Assembly: GCA_009903405.1 (NCBI GenBank) | Contig: PRCZ01000005.1 | Coordinates: forward strand, 1-49,479 | Reading direction: 5' to 3' | DNA: 49,479 bases | From: Candidatus Methanophaga sp. AG-394-G06 | Lineage (GTDB): Archaea > Halobacteriota > Syntropharchaeia > Alkanophagales > Methanospirareceae | In this document: positions 36,747 to 45,248 of the stretch, piece after piece | How the letters are laid out: each line of letters opens with the position of its first letter | Numbering within the stretch: the stretch's first letter is position 1 | Made by a program: the position numbers and the translations under genes | Notes under the pieces: generated by a model | The model's database searches: none | Seen by the model: the letters and a program-made list of their open reading frames with translations, nothing else | Told to the model about the DNA's origin: nothing

Positions 36747-38516
36747 TTACGCTATCTTTATATTACCTATCCAGATGAAGTCGTCACTGCCTGTGGCATA
36801 AAGTCTATCGCTTATTATCGCCGCTATTTGCTTTTGTGTCTTGTTTGAGACATCTATTACACCGGGTTCCGGACCGTCCCCATCCAGATCTAAGATGCTG
36901 TCTATGTACGTATACTCAGAATCGCCGTAAGCGTTATCTCTTCCGGGGTTGAGCACGATTATCGTGTAATTTCCGTTGTCTGCATCGCTATCTACTTTTA
37001 GCTTTTTGTAATAGTTATAGGCGTTCGTAGAATTGCAATATGTGGGTACTGTGTATATTGTAGTGCCATACAAACCGTCCATCCCTGTGCCATTCCCTCC
37101 TTCTGGAGATAATAGCACTATCTCAACGTAGTCTGATGATGCGTTACCAAAAACATCGAAACTGTCGCCAGGAGCGACAGTCGTATTTGTGATTGTCGCA
37201 TCTAAGTGTGTTTTTAGCACTAATATCGCGGCCGATCCGTCTGCAGTTGTTGTTGGAGGGCTTTCGCCAGGTCTTTTAGCGCAATCTAGCCATGCCTTTA
37301 GCGTTACTAATCCGGGTACGGTCATACCGACGTCGGTTGTTCTTATCTCTTTGCTAAATGTACCATCAGCACCTATCAGAAGATAATATAGCTTAGGATA
37401 CAGAATATCATCTATAAAGACATCAACATAGGTGCCTGTATTCGCTATACCTTTTATAGCCAGCTTCTCGCCGATTACCACCGTAGATGGCAAATCAAAC
37501 ACCACCCCTTTCTCGGAAACGGTTATGTCTACGGTGTCATAGTCGCCCTTACGGCAGCCACCTGTAACTGTTACTATTATCGTATAGGTTCCTGTATCGT
37601 TAAATTTGACTGCATACGTCCTGATACCGTCTGCATCTATCCTACTATTGAACCAATTTCCATGGTAGTTAGCCCCTGTTGGTGTGTCATCTATGCCCCC
37701 TTTAAACATCACACATCTACTCAAAGGAGAAGCTTCAACTGTTATAGGATCGTCTGCTACACCGGTTACAGCGAGTTTTACTGTCTGAAGCTCAACACAA
37801 AAGGGCTTCTCTGCAGTGATATTAATTTCACCTCTTGTTATTTCTAAATCCCTTATAACGCTCGCTGCTTCTAATCCACATGCATTCTCTTGTTTGGTTT
37901 TTACCTTAAATGTGTAATCCCCAATAGTCCATCCAGAAGTCTTGACTGTATTAGCCGCACTGCCATAATTACTTGTCAAGAAATCTACGGTTATGCCTGT
38001 AAACTGCTGATTATTTACTTCGTCATGTTTTATCTGGCCATCAGGACCTATTACAACGAGATCAATTATGTCATAAGCGAATAAGTTCATACCAGCAGTA
38101 TCAATTATAAGGTTTGTTCCCACAGCAAGGGACGCAACCTTCCTTGTACCTACTTTGAGCCTTAATGGTATGTCGGGCAGTTCAACTGCAAGCTGCGCAT
38201 CATAGCCCGTTGAATCTCGATAGTTCACATAATACGCTCCTGATGTTGGCCAATTTACGTTGTAAATACGGTTGTTAGCATTTGTCTGATACACGTTCTC
38301 TATATCACCACTTACTATCCGGGATACTGTCACTGTCCCCCCGTACCCCTCAAATTGCAAATTCTGTCCGATCAGCACTTTTTGTGTTGCTGGACCCGAG
38401 ATAGTGTTGAAGTTACTACCGTCACTCGTAGCAACAGCCATCGGCATCGCCACTGCAAGTACAGAAACAACCATAATCGCAGCCATTGCAATACCTATTA
38501 TCGCTTTGCCTTTCAT
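36747..38516 (-). CDS. Secreted S-layer-like cell-surface glycoprotein
   Basis: Signal peptide, Thr/Gly/Asp-rich beta-strand composition, G.YT repeats, terminal GSDD motif; no C-terminal anchor. Confidence 0.65.
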   Translation of the reverse strand: MKGKAIIGIAMAAIMVVSVLAVAMPMAVATSDGSNFNTISGPATQKVLIGQNLQFEGYGGTVTVSRIVSGDIENVYQTNANNRIYNVNWPTSGAYYVNYRDSTGYDAQLAVELPDIPLRLKVGTRKVASLAVGTNLIIDTAGMNLFAYDIIDLVVIGPDGQIKHDEVNNQQFTGITVDFLTSNYGSAANTVKTSGWTIGDYTFKVKTKQENACGLEAASVIRDLEITRGEINITAEKPFCVELQTVKLAVTGVADDPITVEASPLSRCVMFKGGIDDTPTGANYHGNWFNSRIDADGIRTYAVKFNDTGTYTIIVTVTGGCRKGDYDTVDITVSEKGVVFDLPSTVVIGEKLAIKGIANTGTYVDVFIDDILYPKLYYLLIGADGTFSKEIRTTDVGMTVPGLVTLKAWLDCAKRPGESPPTTTADGSAAILVLKTHLDATITNTTVAPGDSFDVFGNASSDYVEIVLLSPEGGNGTGMDGLYGTTIYTVPTYCNSTNAYNYYKKLKVDSDADNGNYTIIVLNPGRDNAYGDSEYTYIDSILDLDGDGPEPGVIDVSNKTQKQIAAIISDRLYATGSDDFIWIGNIKIA

Positions 38517-38579
38517 CTTTGTTTACAACTTCTTCTTTTTCGCGCCCTAAATCATTCTACTCTGCTCATCGCATTTAAA

Positions 38580-38617
38580 TTTCTCGTGTAAATCTGTGTA
38601 ATCTCGTGGTTTAAAAA
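38580..38617. repeat. Hairpin-element family 1 single arm
   Basis: TTTCTCGTGTAAATCTGTGTAATCTCGTGGTTT. Confidence 0.75.
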
Positions 38618-38620
38618 CCC

Positions 38621-39691
38621 TTACTCAAAGTCAGGCAACGCCGAACAAGCCCGACAACGCACACAGCCCGCCTTATTCTTCTTCTGGCTTACGCCAGTAT
38701 CGCGTAATATCACCGCCACCTGCTCGTATATATTGCGCATCCTATCAGGACTTGGCGGCTTCTCTTTCTCGAGCAAAGAACCCGGTATTGGACGCAGAGG
38801 CACAATAAAGGGATAAACGCCAAGTTCCGCTAATATCCTGCTGCCCTCTATAATGGATTCATCACTCTCGCCCAGTCCTGCAATCACATAACTACTGACC
38901 TGACTATCGCCAAAAACATCTACACTCCGCTTCCATGCATCAACATAATGCTGAAACGGGATCTCCGCCTTGCACGGAGCCACATACTTCAGCACTTCGC
39001 GGTCGAAAGACTCCCCATGAATACCCACGGTATCAACCGAATCGTAGAGCCGGTCAATAATACGAAGGTCTTCGGGCGGTTCGAATTGAGCATGAATCAG
39101 CAACCCGGTTGCTTCTTTTATTGCGCTCGCTATTTTTGCAAGGTGGTCTATACCATTGTCAGGCGTGGGAGTTGTACCCGTAGTAAGTGTTACATGCTTC
39201 ACATGATCCAGCTTTTGCGCTGCAAGTGCCACTTCGGCAAGCTGTTCCGGCGTCTTCTTCGCTATTGTCGCACCACTCTTCAGTGAGAGCTCGATTGCGC
39301 AGAACTTGCATCGCTTTGCCGTGTTCCAGTAAACGCAGGTCTGTATCGTGGTAGTAGCCAAGCAGTTCGCACCATGTAGGAGAGCGATTTTATAATATGG
39401 TATCCCCTCTTTAGTCTTTAACTCCTGGAACTTCGCTTGCGGGAATTTAACTTCGGTGATTCGCTCACCTTCTCTCTTGATCACATATCTTCCTCCGTTT
39501 TCGGCTTCCACTGTATATGGTGACTGAGCGACGAACCAGCTCTGTGTTGGCACGTTAACTACCGTGCCGCCAAAGAGGAACATACCACCTGCAGCGGGTC
39601 CCGCACCCGCTCTCCTACCCTTATCCAAGCCTGACGCTCTTGCGCCCAGGCATAACAAATCCACTTTCAGATTCTTAGTTTCCATTGCCAT
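38621..39691 (-). CDS. Radical SAM protein, MSMEG_0568-like
   Basis: RRAGAGP, IALLHG..LATT..QTC, C-x8-CKFC, C-terminal KAGCVRCRACS. Confidence 0.82.
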   Translation of the reverse strand: MAMETKNLKVDLLCLGARASGLDKGRRAGAGPAAGGMFLFGGTVVNVPTQSWFVAQSPYTVEAENGGRYVIKREGERITEVKFPQAKFQELKTKEGIPYYKIALLHGANCLATTTIQTCVYWNTAKRCKFCAIELSLKSGATIAKKTPEQLAEVALAAQKLDHVKHVTLTTGTTPTPDNGIDHLAKIASAIKEATGLLIHAQFEPPEDLRIIDRLYDSVDTVGIHGESFDREVLKYVAPCKAEIPFQHYVDAWKRSVDVFGDSQVSSYVIAGLGESDESIIEGSRILAELGVYPFIVPLRPIPGSLLEKEKPPSPDRMRNIYEQVAVILRDTGVSQKKNKAGCVRCRACSALPDFE

Positions 39692-41196
39692 CTCCGCTCT
39701 TTACCTATCAATCTACTTATCCCATCACTTGTTATCATCCCAATGACCCTTTGGTCCCTGTCAATGACTGGTAACGCAGAAATGTTATATCTCTCTAACT
39801 TTCTTATCACCAGCTCCAGAGGCTCCTCGGAATCCGCAGTTATCACATTCCTTGTCATTATTTCCGCCAAACCCTCATGCCGTGTCGCCACAGCCGTTGA
39901 TATATCCCAGGCGGTTACTATCCCTTCAAGTATTCCTTTTTCTGATATAACAGGGATATGCGTAAATTGAGATTCCATCATCAATTTCGCAGCATCTGCT
40001 ATACTTGCGCTCTCGCTTATTGTCGCAACTTCTCGTATCATCACGTCCTTCACCGGTGGCAGTTCCTTCGTCTGTTTCATTGGTTTACAGACAGTATCTA
40101 TAGGCAATCGCTCTACTGGCTGTGTCAGGAAGAATTCACCACCCTTTATCTCTCTCTTCAACGCATCTGCAACTTTATTCGCCATATAAAAACTAGAAAG
40201 CGGCGAAGTTGGCACTTCCTTTCCTTCTATCTCGATCACACCCGACTTTAACTCCTCGTATGTTACTTTCCTCATTACAGGACGTTCTCTCCTGGGAACA
40301 CTAAAATCAATCACTTCTGTTGTAATATCTGCATCCTGTACCCCTGTTTTCGCCGCTATCCTTGCATTCAATACAGGTATCGGTATTCCAATACCTACGT
40401 ACAGTGTCACGCCATAGCGGTATATGGTGGCACCTCTTATGTATTCCGGACTCATCTCCTTCAAGTTCCCGGAGACCATTAATGATCCAAAGCGGCTAAT
40501 AGGCTCATGCTGCGTCCCCATCCCCACTATATGGCCCTGAGCACCACAGAGAAAAATCCTTGTACCTATCCCTATGGTCTCGAAATCAGGATCGTTAGAA
40601 ATGGGTGACAGTGTGCCGGCACCACAATAATTAGCATTTCGCGAATCCGGAAGTAGCGTGCCCATATAGGTATATAATGCCCTGTCTGCGGAGTTTATTG
40701 CAACTTCATGCCGCTGAAAGGCATTTCGTGGATTTAGCATAACCGCCTGATTCAGGTCTCCGAGCGTAATTGTTGTTTCTAGCTCTTTTCTGGGGTAGCA
40801 ATCTGTGCCAGAGCTAATGGCCTTCACATCTATCGGCTTACCAGCTACTAAATCTTCTAGTACATATCCACCGCCATAGTCTAAGCCTTCGGCTTCTGAT
40901 AATTGCGTTGCCCCGATATAAGCATCTACCGCTGCGATTCCGGTATATGCTTCTACATCATTAAGCCACACTCGCTGCATCCTTATTGGCGGATCTGCAT
41001 GACCTAAGTTGATGAATGCACCTGAGGAGCACATGGGGCCAAAAGTACCCGTGGTGACAACGTCTACTTCCTTTGCTGCTTCTTCCGCACCCAACTCGGT
41101 CACTATCTCGCTCATTCTATCCGCTGTCACTACATGAACACTGCCATCCTCAATTCTTTCGTTTATCTCCTCTATGCTTTTCTTCGTCTCCGCCAT
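39667..41196 (-). CDS. L-aspartate semialdehyde sulfurtransferase (DUF39 + CBS pair; MA1821/MJ0100 family)
   Basis: VDVVTTGTFGPMCSSGA, TDCYPR, NPRNA, YTYMG, C-terminal CBS pair. Confidence 0.9.
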   Translation of the reverse strand: MAETKKSIEEINERIEDGSVHVVTADRMSEIVTELGAEEAAKEVDVVTTGTFGPMCSSGAFINLGHADPPIRMQRVWLNDVEAYTGIAAVDAYIGATQLSEAEGLDYGGGYVLEDLVAGKPIDVKAISSGTDCYPRKELETTITLGDLNQAVMLNPRNAFQRHEVAINSADRALYTYMGTLLPDSRNANYCGAGTLSPISNDPDFETIGIGTRIFLCGAQGHIVGMGTQHEPISRFGSLMVSGNLKEMSPEYIRGATIYRYGVTLYVGIGIPIPVLNARIAAKTGVQDADITTEVIDFSVPRRERPVMRKVTYEELKSGVIEIEGKEVPTSPLSSFYMANKVADALKREIKGGEFFLTQPVERLPIDTVCKPMKQTKELPPVKDVMIREVATISESASIADAAKLMMESQFTHIPVISEKGILEGIVTAWDISTAVATRHEGLAEIMTRNVITADSEEPLELVIRKLERYNISALPVIDRDQRVIGMITSDGISRLIGKERRWQWKLRI

Positions 41197-41280
41197 ACGT
41201 AAATACCTATAAGAGAAACACCTTTAAATATTTCTGTATTCAAAATATTTATACTATCAAACATCTTTACCTCTGTTGCC

Positions 41281-41370
41281 GTTGAACGTGACGGTCAAAT
41301 AATAATTTCTGGCAGAGGTCCGGAAGCAGCCGAAGAATTTGGCAATGCTGTGGCTTTTGCTCTGGAATGA
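41281..41370 (+). pseudogene. C-terminal remnant of a DJ-1/PfpI-family protein
   Basis: VERDGQIIISGRGPEAAEEFGNAVAFALE* matches the PfpI terminal DG.IIT..GP.AA.EF pattern; no start codon. Confidence 0.6.
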
Positions 41371-41462
41371 TAAAGGGGGCAATGGGAAAAGTGAAATTGT
41401 TTTGAGCGATATACTGAATGGAAGAGGATGAAAGAGGAGATAAATGAGGAGGACTTGAGGCC

Positions 41463-41783
41463 ATGAGCGTAATAGTTGTGAATACTGATTTCGTTACGGG
41501 AAAGGAGATAGTAGAGATTTTAGGACTTGTAAAAGGGAATGTAATCCAGGCGAAGCATCTGGGTAAGGATATAGTGGCAGGATTCCGAACGATAGTCGGT
41601 GGTGAGATAAAGGAATACACGGAGATGCTGAGCGAGGCACGTGAGATCGCATTGAAACGGACGACAGAGAAAGCGGAAGAGATGGATGCGGATGCAGTTG
41701 TCAATCTGCGGTTTATGACTTCTATGGTGATGAGCGGCGCAGCGGAAATACTTGCTTACGGGACTGCCGTTAAGCTGAAGTGA
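41463..41783 (+). CDS. YbjQ/UPF0145 family protein
   Basis: LGLVKG, IVGGEIKEY, ADAVVNLRF, EILAYGTAVK. Confidence 0.95.
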   Translation: MSVIVVNTDFVTGKEIVEILGLVKGNVIQAKHLGKDIVAGFRTIVGGEIKEYTEMLSEAREIALKRTTEKAEEMDADAVVNLRFMTSMVMSGAAEILAYGTAVKLK

Positions 41784-41818
41784 GTAAGGAGACTAATTTT
41801 GGATATTAAAGTGTAAAG

Positions 41819-42442
41819 ATGGACGGCAAAAGCCATTTAATCTTTGGAAAGAAGGTTTTGGAGAAATGCTGACTTGATGTCGCGTACACCGGTTGGAGTA
41901 CCACACAGGACATAGACCTTTCTTTCTTACACCGTTATTGGAGACACCGCTTTAGCGTTTTTAATAAGATATACGAAGAATTTATCCGGTTAGAGCCGGC
42001 GGTACCGGTAAAAGAGAAAGAGGCTATTGCAGTGGCAATTACTTCTCATTTCTGGTTGGATATTTTCAATTCCTGGATCTGGATTTGGGGCTTTCTTCCA
42101 CGCTTTCCCGCCCTGTTTGTTCCGAAAGAAGTGTCAAAAGAATATATTGAAGACTTGAATATAGGTTTGCTTGCAGAAGAGCAAAAAGAAGCAGTAAAAG
42201 AATTTTATGATGAATCCGAGAAACTCTTTGAGATTTCTATACCCGCTTTAACAGTTGATGAAACGCTATCGTGGATGCTTACGAGTTTGAAAAAGCACAG
42301 TTATCTCGGCGCTTCTAACGTTAACCTCGCGGTAAGAAACATATCAACATTTATAGGACGCGAGATAGAATACAAAGATATAGACGTAGAAGTAGAAGAG
42401 AAGTATTATAATTTCTTAAATGATTTCTTCGCAAAGTGGTGA
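41819..42442 (+). pseudogene. Putative metal-dependent hydrolase (YdjM-like motifs) with in-frame TGA at codon 18
   Basis: MDGKSH...KC*LD...QDID...HRYWRH...SHFWLD, continuous in frame with the 42032 ORF. Confidence 0.6.
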
Positions 42443-42841
42443 TGTAATGGCATCTGCTCAAAAATCTGTGCATTTTTGTGCAGACAATGCAAAAGGGAAA
42501 GTGCAAAAGGTTGAGGTGAGGCAAGAAATATAATTTTATATATATCTAACTTTAATATGTTACCAATAAGCCTCCTGCCATTGAACACCCACAGCGCAAT
42601 GGCAGGTATATAATCACTGAGAGGTTACTCAGTAATCTCTCATAATATTTTATTATTGTGCTTTAAAGCTATTTATTAGTGATAATCATGGAAAGAGTAG
42701 TCGTTTTTATTAGTTCAACACCGCCTCAACACTATGATACTCATCAATTAATCGCCTCACGTTTTCATCTGTTTCATATGTCCCTTTTAACGCATGGATA
42801 CCTTAGGATTTAATAGCATTCAATAAATAAGGAGATAAAAA

Positions 42842-43909
42842 TTGGTTAAACCAAGAACTCAGTTGTCTGATCTAAGTGTCTGTGAGCATGGGGGGGAACA
42901 AGAGGGTGCGGAAGTAATAGACTTCAGTGTAAATCTAAACCCTTACGGACCGCCGGAATTCGTTCACGAGGTGATAAAGGGTGCAATAGAAGCGATAAAG
43001 TTATACCCTGACACCGAATGCAGCGAGTTAAGAGCGAGAATATCACAAAAATTCGGCTGTGAGACGGACGAAGTATTGGTGGGTGCAGGTGTTTCTGAGC
43101 TCATCCAGCTCATAACTCTTGCGTTCATGAAAAATCGAGCGCTCATGCCGCAACACACTTATGGTGAATATGCCGTTGCGGCAAAGATGATGGGTGCGAA
43201 GATAAAGTGTATAGAAATGCCTGACCTTCGAATCAATCCCGAATTAATAATGGCAGAGATGAAACGCGATGACGTGGTATTCCTCTGCAATCCGAACAAC
43301 CCAACAGGCCAGTATCTCGTCAAAAATGAGGTAGCACAGATAATAGAAGAGGCTGAGCGAATTGATGCGATGGTAGTGCTGGACGAAGCGTATGTGGACT
43401 TTGTAAAGCATGCATTTCCTGCACATAATTTATCCACTCAGAATATGATTATTCTACGCTCTTTAACAAAATCGTTCGCTATACCGGGTGTAAGGGCGGG
43501 ATATGCGATTTCAGCGGAGGAAACGGTAAAAGCAATGGCGAAGATAAAAGTGCCGTGGAGTGTGAGTGTGTTTGCACAGAAGATAGCTGCGGCGGTAATT
43601 AGTACAGAAGGCGATACCTTTTTAGCTGAGACTATAGAGAAGGTAGAACGGAGTAAAGATAAGGTGGAGAACGCGTTGGGGATACACTCAGATGCTAATT
43701 TTTATGCTCTTGATGTGGGTAATGCAAGAGAAGCGAAAAGTGAACTTTTGGGGGCTGGAATCAGGGTAAGAGATTGCAGTTCTTTTGGCTTGCCTTCTCA
43801 TATACGGTTCTCCGTAAGGACGGATGAAGAGAATGAATTGCTGATCCACAACTTTTCTTTACAAAAGCAAAGAAATAAATATACCATACGTATAGACAAT
43901 AAAAAATGA
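42842..43909 (+). CDS. Class I/II PLP enzyme, CobD (threonine-phosphate decarboxylase)/HisC-like
   Basis: HGG...DFSVNLNPYG, YPD, CNPNNPTG, DEAY, RSLTKSF..PG.R.GY, RDCSSF. Confidence 0.88.
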   Translation: MVKPRTQLSDLSVCEHGGEQEGAEVIDFSVNLNPYGPPEFVHEVIKGAIEAIKLYPDTECSELRARISQKFGCETDEVLVGAGVSELIQLITLAFMKNRALMPQHTYGEYAVAAKMMGAKIKCIEMPDLRINPELIMAEMKRDDVVFLCNPNNPTGQYLVKNEVAQIIEEAERIDAMVVLDEAYVDFVKHAFPAHNLSTQNMIILRSLTKSFAIPGVRAGYAISAEETVKAMAKIKVPWSVSVFAQKIAAAVISTEGDTFLAETIEKVERSKDKVENALGIHSDANFYALDVGNAREAKSELLGAGIRVRDCSSFGLPSHIRFSVRTDEENELLIHNFSLQKQRNKYTIRIDNKK

Positions 43910-44898
43910 ACAGCATAAGAGTCATCATATCAGGTTGGATAGAACTCTCCGGACTGCCAAAGTTCGTAACTACTATGCTCCCGTTCCTCCTGGGCGCGGT
44001 AGTAGCATGGGCTTATGGGTGTCCGATAGACTGGATTGTGCTGGTATTATCGCTGCTTGCAGTGTTCCTGATAACCGATTCATGCTTCGTACTCAATGCG
44101 TGCAGTGTATACGCGGATCTAAAGCGAAACGGTGTCGATTTCTGTCCCGTAGATGGAACAAGCACGCTTCATTCCACTGCAGTCAGCGGCCGGTTTAACG
44201 CACTCGCGAAAGGACGTATAACAGTGAAACAGGCGGCTATTGGCTCTTATCTGTGCATATTGGCCGCATTACCAATCGGCGTGCTGTTGCAGTTCTATTT
44301 CTATACGGGCGTTCTAACCTTGCCGCTCGGGCTCATCGGCATCTTCATTGCATACGCGTATTCACGAGGGCCACAGTTCTCTTACCGCGGATTGGGCGAG
44401 ATAGCGCTAACCCTTGGGGTAGGGTGGTGGACAGTGTTCAGCGGTTACTATTTGCAAGCGCACCAGGTGAGCTGGCTCCCTATTGTCATTGCGTTGCCTT
44501 GGGGTATAGACGTATTCAAGCTGAAATTAACGCGAGAAATACCTGATTTTGACAGCGATCAGGTGATAAACCGCAGGAACTTGACAATTCGTATGGGCAA
44601 AGTCACGGCTGTCAGCCTCTATTTACCGTTAACGGTCGCTTCATGGCTCGCATTTATCCCTATCGTGTTCTTAGACGTACCATATATAGCGTTCGTGCTG
44701 TTAGCTCTTCCGATGTTCTTCACTGCGAAGAGTTTGATATTAATTCAAACGTTTAAAAAGAGTTTAATCAAAAATAGTGATCGATGGAAAGCCGAAGTAG
44801 GTATGCAAGCCATAATTAAAAACGCATTCACCGGTATGATATTGATTCCCGTTGCACTTATTGGTATTTTTGCTCTTAAGATGGTTGTATCGGTTTAG
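43906..44898 (+). CDS. UbiA/MenA-family prenyltransferase
   Basis: Multi-TM; G.D, YS.GP..YRGLGE, IPDFDSD...RRNL MenA-like motifs. Confidence 0.8.
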   Translation: MNSIRVIISGWIELSGLPKFVTTMLPFLLGAVVAWAYGCPIDWIVLVLSLLAVFLITDSCFVLNACSVYADLKRNGVDFCPVDGTSTLHSTAVSGRFNALAKGRITVKQAAIGSYLCILAALPIGVLLQFYFYTGVLTLPLGLIGIFIAYAYSRGPQFSYRGLGEIALTLGVGWWTVFSGYYLQAHQVSWLPIVIALPWGIDVFKLKLTREIPDFDSDQVINRRNLTIRMGKVTAVSLYLPLTVASWLAFIPIVFLDVPYIAFVLLALPMFFTAKSLILIQTFKKSLIKNSDRWKAEVGMQAIIKNAFTGMILIPVALIGIFALKMVVSV

Positions 44899-44906
44899 AT
44901 ACACGT

Positions 44907-45093
44907 AACCACGAGATTATAACGTATGGCAACCTTTTGTTTTATTTTGTATATAACGTATAAGTTCTACCTATTTAGGACGCAGATTTACACGGATTTA
45001 CGCAGAAAACTATTTCCTCAAAGTATCTAATAATCTCCTCCGTCAACTAAACCTTATATTTTAAATCCTGCTTATCTGCGTTCATCTGCGTCC
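44907..45093. repeat. Hairpin-element family 1 copy with a decayed ORF start in its spacer
   Basis: TTGTATATAACGTATAAGTTC...GGACGCAGATTTACACGGATTTACGCAGA / ATCTGCGTTCATCTGCGTCC; extra AACCACGAGATTA at 44907. Confidence 0.85.
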
Positions 45094-45115
45094 GATTATC
45101 AAAAATTATTCTTTT

Positions 45116-45184
45116 TCATATCTCACTTGCGACTTCCACGCCGCCAAATCCAGAGCCTAGCACTACTACTTTCATATTGTTCAT
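45116..45184 (-). pseudogene. N-terminal remnant of an FAD-dependent oxidoreductase
   Basis: MNNMKVVVLGSGFGGVEVASEI*: Rossmann GxGxxG motif then an immediate stop. Confidence 0.65.
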
Positions 45185-45248
45185 TACTGTAAAATAGAAA
45201 TTAAAATTTATAAAGATAGAGGTTATTACTACCAACATCAAAGTAAAA

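Noticed and set aside
41870-41872. Selenocysteine codon
   Set aside because: No recognisable SECIS, not a known selenoprotein family, and one substitution from GGA explains it.
45047-45049. Pyrrolysine readthrough of the TAG in the element-spacer ORF
   Set aside because: The frame is a short remnant; a 3-nt insertion into GAG explains the TAG.
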